Shown here: positions 12,963 to 23,572 of the stretch, piece after piece
Layout: the number at the start of each line of letters is the position of its first letter
Position numbering within the stretch: position 1 is the first letter of the stretch
Source: a virus
Lineage: Duplodnaviria > Caudoviricetes
Strand: one strand, 5' to 3'
Length of the DNA: 64,000 bases
IMG/VR virus record: IMGVR_UViG_3300014205_000174
The notes under the pieces: generated by a model
What the model saw: the letters and a program-made list of their open reading frames with translations, nothing else
What the model was told of the DNA's origin: nothing
Database searches by the model: none
Position numbers and translations under genes: made by a program

Positions 12963-13014
12963 ATAAAAAGCGCTGGCAAAAAACCAGCGCTGTAGTATAT
13001 AATGTAAGATTATG

Positions 13015-13299
13015 CTATGAAACCACGTTCAAAGCACCAATAAGCCTATTTTCCATCTTCTTGCGCAGCTTGTCGCCGTGCTTGATGAATAAAATGCGAT
13101 GGGCCTGGTGATTTGCTCGCTCATTTGTTATATCGTATATCTTGGAAATGGTCACACCCATCTGGTCTGCCAGTTTCTCGCTCCAGTTAATATCCAGCCG
13201 CCTAAGCGATGCGGCCATGTCCTTTATATGGTCGATGGTGATTTCATTAACCACCTCATTACCATGCATTTTTTCAATATTTTCGGTATCGGTCTTCAT
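13015..13299 (-). CDS. putative HTH transcriptional regulator
   Basis: WSEKLADQMGVTISKIYDI HTH-like segment; preceded by TACATTTG promoter element; divergent from 13437. Confidence 0.5.
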   Translation of the reverse strand: MKTDTENIEKMHGNEVVNEITIDHIKDMAASLRRLDINWSEKLADQMGVTISKIYDITNERANHQAHRILFIKHGDKLRKKMENRLIGALNVVS

Positions 13300-13324
13300 T
13301 AAATAACTTTTCACAAATGTAAAA

Positions 13325-13376
13325 AAAGTTTGGGTTTTCTTTGTGGAAAGTTTGGAGAAAGTTTGGGTTTTCTTTG
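13325..13376. repeat. direct repeats, putative operators of a divergent switch
   Basis: AAAGTTTGGGTTTTCTTTG at 13325 and 13358, partial AAAGTTTGG at 13347. Confidence 0.7.
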
Positions 13377-13436
13377 GAATTTGTTAGAAAGTGTAAAAAA
13401 TCTTTCTTTACTTTGTCCCCCTCCAATTAGTTTTTT

Positions 13437-13703
13437 ATGTCCGTGATAACAAGGAAGCATATAGATATGGCCTCGAAGCTATACAAGATGATGGATTATG
13501 TAAAAGAAGCCAGATTACGGAGCCCGGATACATACAAAACCGTAGAGACGCTGCTTAAGAACTACTCCGCAGCACACAAACTTACTATCCTGGAAGCAGC
13601 AATAGAAATAGCAAAAGACCACGAAGGGATGCAAGTCATGTGGCTTCTGGGTGTAGCGGGTATCCTATCAGAAGAAAAAGAAGACGCGCCAGCCCCAACT
13701 TAG
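13437..13703 (+). CDS. hypothetical protein
   Basis: 88-aa ORF divergent from the HTH gene. Confidence 0.55.
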   Translation: MSVITRKHIDMASKLYKMMDYVKEARLRSPDTYKTVETLLKNYSAAHKLTILEAAIEIAKDHEGMQVMWLLGVAGILSEEKEDAPAPT

Positions 13704-13868
13704 TTATCCCACGCCAGCCCCAAACCACTATCAATAAATTAAACACCACTTACCTCCACATCCTACCTCATTAACTACCAGCAACTTACAACGCAATTAC
13801 TTTTTTATCGAAACCTAACTACAGTCCGCAATGGCCTTTTTTTTATCTCAAAAACTCTTTGTCGCTTA

Positions 13869-14737
13869 TTTTGCCGCAGCAAAAGGTGCAGCGAAGTGCG
13901 TAGCAACATGCGCAACTGGTTTCAATTCAATACACAGCACGAATAAATATGGCACGCATTTTGCTGTCATACACTTTGATTCTCCATTTTTCACCTTATG
14001 AATTTCAAAAGCAACACACCGAGGGGCCACCCAGGGTAATCTTTTTGATTACTTTTTTACAAATCAACTACATACACTATATTTTATTACCAATATAACT
14101 AAAAGACATTCCCGGAATGGCTCTTTTTTCGCTCAAATTCTGTTTGATTAATTCTTTGCTCAGCATTTTGCCGCAGCAAAATTTACAGCAAGTGTGCAAT
14201 CAAATAGTTCACCAACCTCATTTTTTACCACAATCACACATTTATGTCGACCAGAAAGAAGGAATACTACATGAAGTTCAATGTAAAGGACTTCATGACC
14301 GACCAAAAGCTCCAGGAGTGCGGCCCAGCGGCCAATGGAGTCTACATTCACATACTTTGCGTGCTCTTTAATTCTGAAGAAAGGGGCAGATATTTATTCA
14401 AAACGGACGAAATAAAGCAATTTGCAGACATTTTGCCGCAGCAAAATGCGCAGCAAATAAATCAGCAAACGGAACAGCAAATAAAAAACATTTGCTGTGT
14501 TTTTGCCGGACGACTTGTTAAACATTTGCCGTTTTCAGAAAGAGAGGTTGAGTCTGGTTTAGTGGAGCTTATATTAAATAATGTATTATACTTTGAAGGC
14601 TTTTATCTATGTCAAAAAAGGATGATTCATGACGCAAGTGTAAGTAAATCAAGGAGTAACGCTGGCCGTAAAGGTGCAATGGTCACAAACAGCAGAAAAA
14701 ACGGGGCAAATCCGGGTGTAATTTTGCCGCAGCAAAA
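13869..14737. repeat. palindromic iterons, putative replication origin
   Basis: TTTTGCCGCAGCAAAA at 13869, 14166, 14431 and 14722 (last two inside the initiator gene), with CAGCAAA sub-repeats. Confidence 0.75.
13949..13965 (+). promoter_or_regulatory. sigma54-type promoter upstream of the replication genes
   Basis: ATGGCACGCATTTTGCT. Confidence 0.7.
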
Positions 14738-15326
14738 TGCGCAGCAAAAGAAGCGGCTAAGTAAACAGCAAAATCCTAACTATAACTATAGTAATAAAGA
14801 AGTAGTAGTTAATAAGGATAAAAAGGGGGTATTACGTAATACGGGAGGGGGTACGGGGGAAAAAAAATCTGGGGGAAAAAAAGGATTAAACGATTTAAAC
14901 GAAATTGAAAACAAAATGATGAATCAACTTTACGAGGTAAACGATTTCCTGGAGCTTTACTTCAGAGACCGCAAGTATGCATCGCCAAGGGAAAGCCTGG
15001 CGGCGTCCAAATACATGGACTTGGAAACACTTGAGGAGTGGGCCAAAGCATTCAATAAATTCCTGGTGATAAGCGGCGCTGACCTTGATGACGATGGCCG
15101 CACTGTGAAAACCAACGCAGACTGGGTAAGGCACTTCGGGTTCTGGCTGGCAAAGCAAGACCTGAATCAGAATCCTCAAAAAATTAACGAAGAAAAAAAT
15201 AAAAATCACAATGGAAAGCAAAAACAGCACAGCAGTGCAGCAAACGGAACAGGCGGAAATGTTGATATACTCTCAACGTTCGCAAAAATTGATTCAGTGC
15301 TTAGGAATAATGGAAAGCACGGATGA
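14244..15326 (+). CDS. replication initiator (DUF1376/YdaU-like N-terminus)
   Basis: YMKFNVKDFMTD...GVYIHILC; SRSNAGRKG linker; internal iterons; C-terminal DWVRHFGFWL. Confidence 0.7.
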   Translation: MSTRKKEYYMKFNVKDFMTDQKLQECGPAANGVYIHILCVLFNSEERGRYLFKTDEIKQFADILPQQNAQQINQQTEQQIKNICCVFAGRLVKHLPFSEREVESGLVELILNNVLYFEGFYLCQKRMIHDASVSKSRSNAGRKGAMVTNSRKNGANPGVILPQQNAQQKKRLSKQQNPNYNYSNKEVVVNKDKKGVLRNTGGGTGEKKSGGKKGLNDLNEIENKMMNQLYEVNDFLELYFRDRKYASPRESLAASKYMDLETLEEWAKAFNKFLVISGADLDDDGRTVKTNADWVRHFGFWLAKQDLNQNPQKINEEKNKNHNGKQKQHSSAANGTGGNVDILSTFAKIDSVLRNNGKHG

Positions 15327-16215
15327 AAATGCACGGTCTGTCGCAAAATACGAATTAGTAATTCTAACCACCGAGCTTATGCCGGCAGGGGTGCCTGATT
15401 TAGCTGGCGTCGTGAATTATCCGAGCATACAGTCTTTGTTGAAAAGTTTAGGATATTCAAATATGCTAAAATTACTAATTCTGATGGTTAAGGATTTTTG
15501 CGGGAGCTTCAACATCAAGTACAACATGAACGGCGAGCAGATGCTTGAGGCGGCGGCTATGCTGCTTGACGAATGCGATAATTTCCGGCTTGAGGACTAC
15601 CACATCATGTTCACGCTTGGGAAAAGAGGGCGGTTGGTGGATGTGATGCACGAACTTGATATTTCGGTTATCAGCAAAATGGTCGACGAGTACTACCGGC
15701 TTAGACGTCAGGCTGGGGAAAAAGTGTATGAGCAGCAGGAATTAGCGACAAGGAACCTAGCCGCCAGTAAAAACCTGCTTTTACCAGCTCCGGACGGCAA
15801 CTCCGAAAAAACAGAAGCGGATTTGGAGTCGGAGAAGCGCTTCTCCGAAGTCACTAGGATGTTGACCGACTGGAAACGTAACGACGACCACGCCAGGATG
15901 CAGCAAATGCGGCAGCACCAGGAGCAATGGGCGCAGCAATTTTCCAACCATTCCGGCATAGACGTGAATGAAATCCTGGCCCAGTTCGGGAAAAATAAAA
16001 AATCAGCAAGGCTTAACGACACGGAAAAAAGTATCCTTGGCGTATACCGCATCCTGCGCAGCAACCAAAAGCTACTGAACGAGGTGCTGAAAAAATGCGA
16101 AATCACCATAGATGATTTCGTGAATCTGGGGAACTTAAACTTTCATGATAAAAATAAAATAGATGTTTTTATAAAAACCGGAAATAAACTAATTTCTGAA
16201 AACTACCGGAAATAG
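15211..16215 (+). CDS. replication-associated protein in the helicase-loader position (DUF6633-like); start uncertain
   Basis: Overlaps the initiator end; FRLEDYHIMF..GKRG...LDISVI resembles Bacteroidota phage proteins found after initiators. Confidence 0.45.
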   Translation: MESKNSTAVQQTEQAEMLIYSQRSQKLIQCLGIMESTDENARSVAKYELVILTTELMPAGVPDLAGVVNYPSIQSLLKSLGYSNMLKLLILMVKDFCGSFNIKYNMNGEQMLEAAAMLLDECDNFRLEDYHIMFTLGKRGRLVDVMHELDISVISKMVDEYYRLRRQAGEKVYEQQELATRNLAASKNLLLPAPDGNSEKTEADLESEKRFSEVTRMLTDWKRNDDHARMQQMRQHQEQWAQQFSNHSGIDVNEILAQFGKNKKSARLNDTEKSILGVYRILRSNQKLLNEVLKKCEITIDDFVNLGNLNFHDKNKIDVFIKTGNKLISENYRK

Positions 16216-16466
16216 ACAAAAAACATGCCATTGCGTGTAGTTGGGTTAGGGGCTCCCTGTTTGTGGAAATTTAGCCACATAAATGCGGCAAAAAGCACGA
16301 CTTTAATAAAAGCATGCCAACCTATGTTAAAATGAATTAAAAATAATTAAAATATAGTTAAAAACAAGGAAAGTGCTAGGTGGGGTAAAAAAACTAAGTT
16401 TTTGAAATCCGGCACGCAAATTGATGTATATTCTTTAACACACAAAAAAACAAAAAATCAACTTTT

Positions 16467-17171
16467 ATGGGACGTCCTGCAATCGGCATAAAAATAGAGT
16501 GTAAAAAGCGGTTTTATACCTACGGAAGTTGTGTATATAAACTTTTTTACAATAAGGTGTATGTTTGGGTAAAGGCGAAGAATTGTTACGGGTCATTGAA
16601 AATGATTGAAAAATCAATGAACCAGTATATGAAGGGTGCGGAATCCCAAATGAAGGACGATAATCTGTATAAATACTTCTTTGATTATATAAAGAAGCAT
16701 AAAAACGGCACTTTTAATGTAGAGGTGTTGTCGGAGCCTGAAGCAACAGATTACGAGCTACTGATGCTGGAGGAGGAAATGGTCAAACAATCCCGGACTG
16801 ATACCAAGTGTCTTAATAATATAAGTGGTGCGTATATAAATCAGTGGAATCCCGAAACGGGAGAATACAACTGGTTGTCCAGGGCTAGTGTGGCTAACTT
16901 CATCCGTAACAGGAGAAGGGTGGTTAGTTTGTCTAAGAAGAAAAAGAAAAAAGCTAGCCTGGCTGAGGTGGGTGCATCTGAGGTGAAATCAAAAAAGAGT
17001 GCATCTTCTTCTGTGAGAAAATCGGCGAAGAAAAAAAGTGCGCCTGCGAAGGCTGGTAAAAAGAAAGCTGCGGGTAAAAGTGCGGCGAAGGCCAAGACGG
17101 CTGTTAAAAAGGTAGTTGCCGCGAAGAAAAAGCTAGCCCCAGTTAAAAAAGCTACCAGTAAGAAAAAATAA
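16467..17171 (+). CDS. degenerate GIY-YIG-like domain with Lys/Ala-rich histone-H1-like tail
   Basis: CVYKLFYNKVYVW...LEEEMV...CLN; last ~80 aa rich in K, A and S. Confidence 0.5.
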   Translation: MGRPAIGIKIECKKRFYTYGSCVYKLFYNKVYVWVKAKNCYGSLKMIEKSMNQYMKGAESQMKDDNLYKYFFDYIKKHKNGTFNVEVLSEPEATDYELLMLEEEMVKQSRTDTKCLNNISGAYINQWNPETGEYNWLSRASVANFIRNRRRVVSLSKKKKKKASLAEVGASEVKSKKSASSSVRKSAKKKSAPAKAGKKKAAGKSAAKAKTAVKKVVAAKKKLAPVKKATSKKK

Positions 17172-17183
17172 AGGCATTATAAT

Positions 17184-19949
17184 TTGGTAATCATGAGCAA
17201 GCGAAATATTAAAAAAGCAGATGTTGTCTGGAGTGAGCAGGAAAATTTAAACGCCACAGCTTCGGCATTACATGGCTACTATTCCAACGAAAGGGTATGT
17301 GGCATTGGAGTTTATACTGGCGAATCTCATTTAGGGAATTCTGCCCTGTGTAATAAAAAAATGGGCGTATCTGAAGATGGCGAAATTTTTTTACCTATTG
17401 CCGATGTGCCGGTATCGAAACTTAATAAAAACGCGGCATGTAAAAGGTGCCTGAGGATTTTTGATAACATTGTTTAACCCAGAAAGGTAAATTAGGGGAT
17501 ATGGAGAGGCACCCAAAATTCGTAATAGTTGGCGATAACCTTTATATGGGAAAAGTTGTTTATCACAAGGAACTAATAAATACTGGCGATGTTGTATTGG
17601 GTGGCGGGTATTTTTTATACAACGATAAAGACGATTCATTTACGTTCTATGGGGATAGCCACGACTTCGGGCGGGCAACTGAAGAGCAGGTAAGGAATGC
17701 GGTTGAGAAAGGCAATGTAGGTGAAAGATGCAGGCCGCAACGATACGCGCAGCATAATTTGTATTACACGTATGATATTGGCCTTATGTCCGAGCGGGTG
17801 AAACTTAACAATAGAAACAGAAACCCAAAAAGATGAATGGTGAAATAAGCCTTTTGGCCGAAGATTTGAGAATAGGCAACTGGATACACAGCGAAGGTAA
17901 GAACTACAAAGTTTTAGCCATTGACCCGCTGAATGTATATCAGGACTGTAAAGGAACTATTCAGATAGAAACAGCAAAGCACGACATTGTTGGCAGGTGG
18001 CTGCATAGGTGCTCTCCAATTTTATTGACGCCGGAAATATTGGAGAAAGCAGGGTTTGAGCAAAATGGTTTTAAGGCGTGGGATATATCAATTAACCCAC
18101 ACAAGGGCGGGCATAAGGTTTTGAGTTTTAGCGGGGACTACCTATACATAAAAGAGGGTTCGAACATTTTTGCTGCAAAAGATGATGATATTGTTTGCTT
18201 GTGGAATAAAGATTTAATGAAGGTGTTTTACCTGCACCAACTTCAAAACCTTTACTTCGCGCTTTGCGGTACCGAGCTAAAAATAGAAATGTAATGGATA
18301 ATAAAACAAGTAAATTAGTGAATACCTCTGCATTTGAGAGGGCGTGCAAAAATCTTGCAATGGGCAATAATATACACCGTGGATTTAATCGGGCTGAAAT
18401 AATTGATTCCCTAAATAATCCCGGTGTTTTTACAAATGGCATAAAAGCGGAGGTGACGGAATCCTGTGGCAGTGTGCAGGTAAAAGTGTGGTATAGCGAA
18501 GAGTACTGGGTCTCGGCATCTTAAAAATTCACTTAAATAACCTGGTTAAAGCGAAAATTATGGGCATCGTACTACTGAGAAAACTTACCGTAAAATCAAT
18601 TATAGGGTTTGGTGCATATAGGGATTTGCGGGTGCAGGATTTGATAAATCTAAAAAGACACAAAGAACTTATAAACATTTACTACAATCTCGGTAATATT
18701 GATTTTTCCGAGGAAGTAAAGGAGTATTGCTGTATAACCCCGGACAGGGAAATAACTAAACCTGGTAAAGACAATAGTGCGTATAGATTTTTTGTCGGCG
18801 ATTGTCTGTACGATATAATAGGCCGGGACGACAGTTACAATAAGAACAATGAATATAAATTAAGGAATGAAGTTCGGCTTTTGCGCAAATCAGAACAAAA
18901 TGCAAAAGTAAAGGCTAATGTAATTCGTCAAAACAAAGAGAAAAGCAAAATCCATAATAGAAACAGAAACCAAAAAAGATGAAAGGTAAAATAAGCCTGT
19001 TGGCTGGGGATTTGAGAGTAAATAATATTGTACGCCTTAATAATCTGGAGTATCACCCCGAATTTAATGGCAGGCTGTGTATTGTGCAGGGTGTGCAGGC
19101 TAACAATGCTAATGGTTGTGTGGTTTGGTTAAGGGTTGCAGGGGATTTGCCCATACATGAAAAGATAGTCAGCAATATTTGCCAGCTCATTGAGTATGTA
19201 GCGCCGGTAGAGCTGACGCCGGAAATATTGGAGAAGTGCGGGTTTGAAAGGAAATTTAATTATGCCTCCAATAGAAATTCCTTCCACGTAAGTAGTAAGG
19301 GTAGGGACTTTGCATTAGAGGTTATTGATGAAAATCAATGGTCTTTTTATCAGATTAATAACGTGGGTATGATTCATAGGCTCGCTTCATTACAATACCT
19401 GCACCAGCTACAGAATCTCTATTACACGCTTTGCGGTACCGAGCTAAACATTAACTTGTAACTACCAGGCGTATGAAAAAGAGAGACACTAAGGAGCAGG
19501 CAATCATAGTAGCCCTTTGCCGTTGTGCGTTGGCTATTAATCCGACAGCCGCCACCAAACATCAGGTTAATAGATTAAGAGACCACTATAGGGATGTTGG
19601 CAATGATATCTCGTCAAACAAGATTGATAGAGTAATAAATGCTAGTGATGAAAATAGAGAAGATTTCAAAATTGTCAGAAGTGAACTGGATAAGGAAAAA
19701 GAGAAAGCGGAGTTTATTCAAAAGGTCTTTACAGAGTTTAAATGTAATTTAGAATTGGCATTTGAAAGGAAATTAAGCTTTTATAAAACGTGTCATCCTG
19801 AATTGACATACCACCATTGCGAAATACAGCCTTTAGATAAAGATGGCCATAAGTTGTTTGTTGTGCTTCACTTTGAATTTGAACAAAGCGAATTAAACCC
19901 AGCAAGACTGAGTGAACTTGTAACAGCCATGCGCGAAGCAGGAAAATAA
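17184..19949 (+). other. hypothetical gene run including paralogs 17833-18294 and 18979-19461
   Basis: Both paralogs share ISLLA.DLR..N, LTPEILEK.GFE and YLHQLQNLY..LCGTEL. Confidence 0.7.
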
Positions 19950-19982
19950 ATATTCTCACCAACTAAATAATAATCACACAAA

Positions 19983-20528
19983 ATGTATAGGCCAACAGCT
20001 AAAAGTTATTTTTCCGGAGCCGGAGGAATGGATATCGGCATGATGAATGCCGGAATAAACATGCAGCAATCATTAGACCTGGATAAGGACGCGGTGGATT
20101 GTATGCACAAGAACCCGAAATATTTTTCTCACTCTATTATTCACGGGGACATAAAGGATATTACCGTACTTGAGCAGGAGTTTACAGATATTGTCATTGG
20201 TACATATCCGTGTACGGCATACTCAACGGCTGCTGATATTCACGGTACCAGGACTGGAGACGACTTGTTTCTTCATTTTTTCCGGCATGTAGCAATAGGT
20301 CAGCCGGAGATGTATGTTCTGGAGAATGTGCCTGGGATGAAGAAGTTTCCGGTCGTTATGGAGGCCATGAGTAAGATTCCCGGATATTACATAAATATAT
20401 TTTGCCCACTGGATGCGTCTATCTGGTTGCCGCAACGCAGAAAACGATTAATTCTAATAGGGACAAAAAAGCCATTTACAATAAGTGCCCCTCAGTCTCC
20501 GTTGCGTAAAAAATCTGGCAACTACTGA
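19983..20528 (+). pseudogene. dcm: C5-cytosine DNA methyltransferase, 3'-truncated by the cargo element
   Basis: FSGAGG (I), YPC (IV), ENV (VI), QRRKR (VIII); ends inside the left TIR, lacking TRD and motifs IX/X. Confidence 0.85.
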
Positions 20529-20559
20529 CGTGTTTGGCTGAAAATAATTCATAATGTGA
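20517..20559 (+). repeat. left terminal inverted repeat
   Basis: GGCAACTACTGACGTGTTTGGCTGAAAATAATTCATAATGTGA. Confidence 0.9.
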
Positions 20560-20664
20560 TGCTAAGTTAAGTCAATCCTGCAATACAGATATAAGCGGTT
20601 TAAAAAAAGTTATCCATAAGTTTGGCTTTTAACTCTACACAATCTTACATCTACCCGGTTGGAA

Positions 20665-21681
20665 TTAATTACGGAAGGTGTAGGTATTATGTCCTCTGCT
20701 TATTGCGACTTTGGAAAATTGTTTGCTTATGCAACCTGTTCGCTTAGACATTTTGAATTGAGATTCACCTACGCAAAACATGCTGTTGCCTTTTAGCGAA
20801 TTCTGCACAGCCTCATGCAAATATACTGTGTTGTTATCAATGTGTAGCTCGTCTAAGTCTATACTATAGTAGTTGTTTGCGTCTATGCTATACCAACCTC
20901 TACTAACCCATGCACTTTCGCCATTATCAAAGTAAGCAAGGGCTACTGATATTTTTCTGCCGGTATTATTTATCAATTTTAAGTAATGGGTATTATGATT
21001 GTCATTGTTGGAATTGTCGTTGTCGCTTGACGAACTTGGTATATCGTTACCAGCATATAACTTAGATGAAGCGATGCCATTTGCGCCATGCGAAGATGAA
21101 TTGCTCCCACCTGAATAAGTATTATGGTCGGCTTCTCCTTCAACTATAGCAACAATATCTACAGTCACAATAATCCTTGTGGTTAATGATGGGTTTCGTA
21201 GCCCTAAATATAAAAATCTATCCCCTCTTCGGACTTGATAATTTCTTTTGCAACCTAATGAGTTGAGGCAAGTATAATCAGTAAATGTACTCCATTGTCC
21301 ATCCTGTTTATTAAGGAACATGTTTAGGTTCGAGCCGTCTTGGGGTAATAGAAATGCATCTATCTTAGCGTTACTGGGAGGAATGTCAATAAAATCAATT
21401 GCTCTTGATAAAACAAAACTTCCAGTCAGGGTAGCAGTTAACTTAGCTGCGAGTTTTATATCAGGGGCGGCATCATAATCTACAGATGATTTTACAACAT
21501 AGACTATTGATACAGCACCTTCTGGGATACTAACAGGTAGATAAGTCCGCGTAGTACCACCAAGCCGCCCTCCAGAGTTTAATTCAAAAGACTGTTTTGC
21601 TGCAACTTGTACAACTTTGTAGTTTTGTGAATAAATATTGCTGCCACATAAAAAAGCGATAAAGAAAAAGACTGTTCTCAT
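20665..21681 (-). CDS. secreted protein with C-terminal DUF1036-like domain
   Basis: Signal peptide, Ser/Asn-rich linker, LINNTGRKISVALAY...WVSRGWYSI. Confidence 0.6.
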   Translation of the reverse strand: MRTVFFFIAFLCGSNIYSQNYKVVQVAAKQSFELNSGGRLGGTTRTYLPVSIPEGAVSIVYVVKSSVDYDAAPDIKLAAKLTATLTGSFVLSRAIDFIDIPPSNAKIDAFLLPQDGSNLNMFLNKQDGQWSTFTDYTCLNSLGCKRNYQVRRGDRFLYLGLRNPSLTTRIIVTVDIVAIVEGEADHNTYSGGSNSSSHGANGIASSKLYAGNDIPSSSSDNDNSNNDNHNTHYLKLINNTGRKISVALAYFDNGESAWVSRGWYSIDANNYYSIDLDELHIDNNTVYLHEAVQNSLKGNSMFCVGESQFKMSKRTGCISKQFSKVAISRGHNTYTFRN

Positions 21682-21741
21682 ATTTTAATCTTTCTTCAAA
21701 ACTAATATAAGAGACCGGAAATTCTATATCGGTCAAATGAA

Positions 21742-21925
21742 TTACATAAAATTTGTTGACAGCCGTACACGCAAAGCCGGTAGTTCATTTCCAGAGGCAC
21801 GAATAGCACCGCTCAAAATATCAACGTTAGCATTTGCTGTGTCATACTTCGATTTATATTGCAACATAAAGTAGGTAACAGTAATCAGGCCCAACAGGCC
21901 TGTTATTTCCAGTGCAATGCGCATA
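21742..21925 (-). CDS. small membrane-anchored protein
   Basis: MRIALEITGLLGLITVTYFML hydrophobic N-terminus within ORF 21742-22020. Confidence 0.4.
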
Positions 21926-22184
21926 AAAAAATGTTTAAGTGTAAGAAATAAGTTATTTTTGTCTTGTTCTGGGAGTGGAATTTTAGAACAAGACATTACT
22001 GGGTAGTTAGCGCTACCCATTTTTCATACACCAAATATAACACATTCCTTTTGGTAAATACATTTTGCAAACTACGGCAAGTCGGACGTATACCTGTTCA
22101 AAGAAAGTTATCCATAAAAATCTGGACTGAATTTCAAGAATTGAATTGCTGACCGGTTGAAACTCACTGTTGGGGCAAGGATTA

Positions 22185-22367
22185 TTAATGTATTTTGTCC
22201 AATATCTTACGAGCCCTTTCCGTCATATCCTCTAATGCCTTTGGTTCATCATAAAACGCTTTTTGAGTATTTTTTATTTGCCGTTGGTATAGGTCTTCGA
22301 TTCGCTGAAAAATAATGGCCTGATTTGCTATAACTTGTCTCAGCATATCTTTTATTTCTTTGTCCAT
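22185..22367 (-). CDS. small hypothetical protein
   Basis: 60-aa helical ORF. Confidence 0.45.
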   Translation of the reverse strand: MDKEIKDMLRQVIANQAIIFQRIEDLYQRQIKNTQKAFYDEPKALEDMTERARKILDKIH

Positions 22368-22421
22368 AATGGTTTGTTTTCTTTAAAGGTAATAAAAAGG
22401 GTAACCCCAGTTTGGGTTACT

Positions 22422-23489
22422 TCATCTTTTTGCTGCTTTAATTACCCTTCTGATTCCGTTGTTCTGTCTTTTCGATACCTGTGCCTTATTGTATTCTGTG
22501 TTCTTTTTTTGTACCCACCCGTTACCCGGAAGCCCATCTTCTCGAGATGTATAACTGATATAGCACCATTTATTCTGGGAGTCTAGAACAACAACGTTTA
22601 GATAATCTTTAATTGAATCAATAATCAAAGAACCAGTTTTAGGCTTGAGATACACAGAGCAATCATTTACTATCATTCTTACCTCGTTCTTTCCCTCTAA
22701 TAGTTTATGTATGGCTGCAAGTTCCTGATGTATTGGCACCAATTCCTGGTGTACTGACGTTAATACCTGATGTATCGGAACTATATCATTTTTCGTCACA
22801 GCATTTGAATCGGGTGGGATTACATACGGCAGAACACATTGAGCAACGGATACAACAAGGCTCAATAAAGTGACCACAAATATTATCTTTTCTCTTTTCT
22901 CTTTATTAGCACCTGACACACTTTTATACAGGTCAGCGCATATTTTCAATATATGTGTTTTGAAGAATTCAAAATCTTCCATTGTAATACCTGAGCCTCC
23001 GCCGGTAAGTCTTTCACTCATCTCCGCTACATCAGCCGTCACCTCTGCAAATTCATCCAATGATTCCCAGTCTTCGATTTTCGCATAGTATCTGGCAAGG
23101 GAGCTGGAAATGCCTGCCATCGCTGTTTGTAGAGTAGATATCTGGACAGCGGAGACCCGGTGACTATAGAAATTCTCTCGGATGCCATTTAGCGTAGACA
23201 TACCCCGTATTGAATTATACAGAGCGGGGTTAATGCTGATTGCTTTACTTGCTACCGACATGCGTTCGAAATGCTGCCCCATTGATATTACAGCGGTCAT
23301 TGCGCTATCGGGTATTCTAGGAACATTGAACCTGTTTGCTAAATTAGCAAAGGCCGAGAACGAGGGTATTTGCGTTTGAAATCTTTCAGGCAAGCGGGAC
23401 ATAGAATCAAAACGAGAAAATGTTTGCATCATCTCGTTTATCTTATTAAACCTGCCAAAAAAGTTATTCAGTCCATTGAAATCATGCAT
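22422..23489 (-). CDS. membrane protein with C-terminal SH3b-like domain
   Basis: Central TM IIFVVTLLSLVVSVAQCV; C-terminal VYLKP...WCYISY...GWV. Confidence 0.55.
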   Translation of the reverse strand: MHDFNGLNNFFGRFNKINEMMQTFSRFDSMSRLPERFQTQIPSFSAFANLANRFNVPRIPDSAMTAVISMGQHFERMSVASKAISINPALYNSIRGMSTLNGIRENFYSHRVSAVQISTLQTAMAGISSSLARYYAKIEDWESLDEFAEVTADVAEMSERLTGGGSGITMEDFEFFKTHILKICADLYKSVSGANKEKREKIIFVVTLLSLVVSVAQCVLPYVIPPDSNAVTKNDIVPIHQVLTSVHQELVPIHQELAAIHKLLEGKNEVRMIVNDCSVYLKPKTGSLIIDSIKDYLNVVVLDSQNKWCYISYTSREDGLPGNGWVQKKNTEYNKAQVSKRQNNGIRRVIKAAKR

Positions 23490-23572
23490 AACGTACGGTT
23501 GTACGTCAATTGTAACAAAAAAAGTTTACGCTTTCATGTTTCTTCGAAAATTTATAGAAACTTTGAGTATCC

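Noticed and set aside
13325-13376. Possible mini CRISPR array
   Set aside because: Only two 19-bp copies with a 14-bp spacer and no cas genes; fits operators better
17810-19461. Diversity-generating retroelement TR/VR pair
   Set aside because: No reverse transcriptase in the window and differences are not adenine-specific
20609-22117. DnaA boxes (TTATCCATA, twice)
   Set aside because: Mismatch to TTATCCACA, isolated, and inside mobile cargo far from the putative origin
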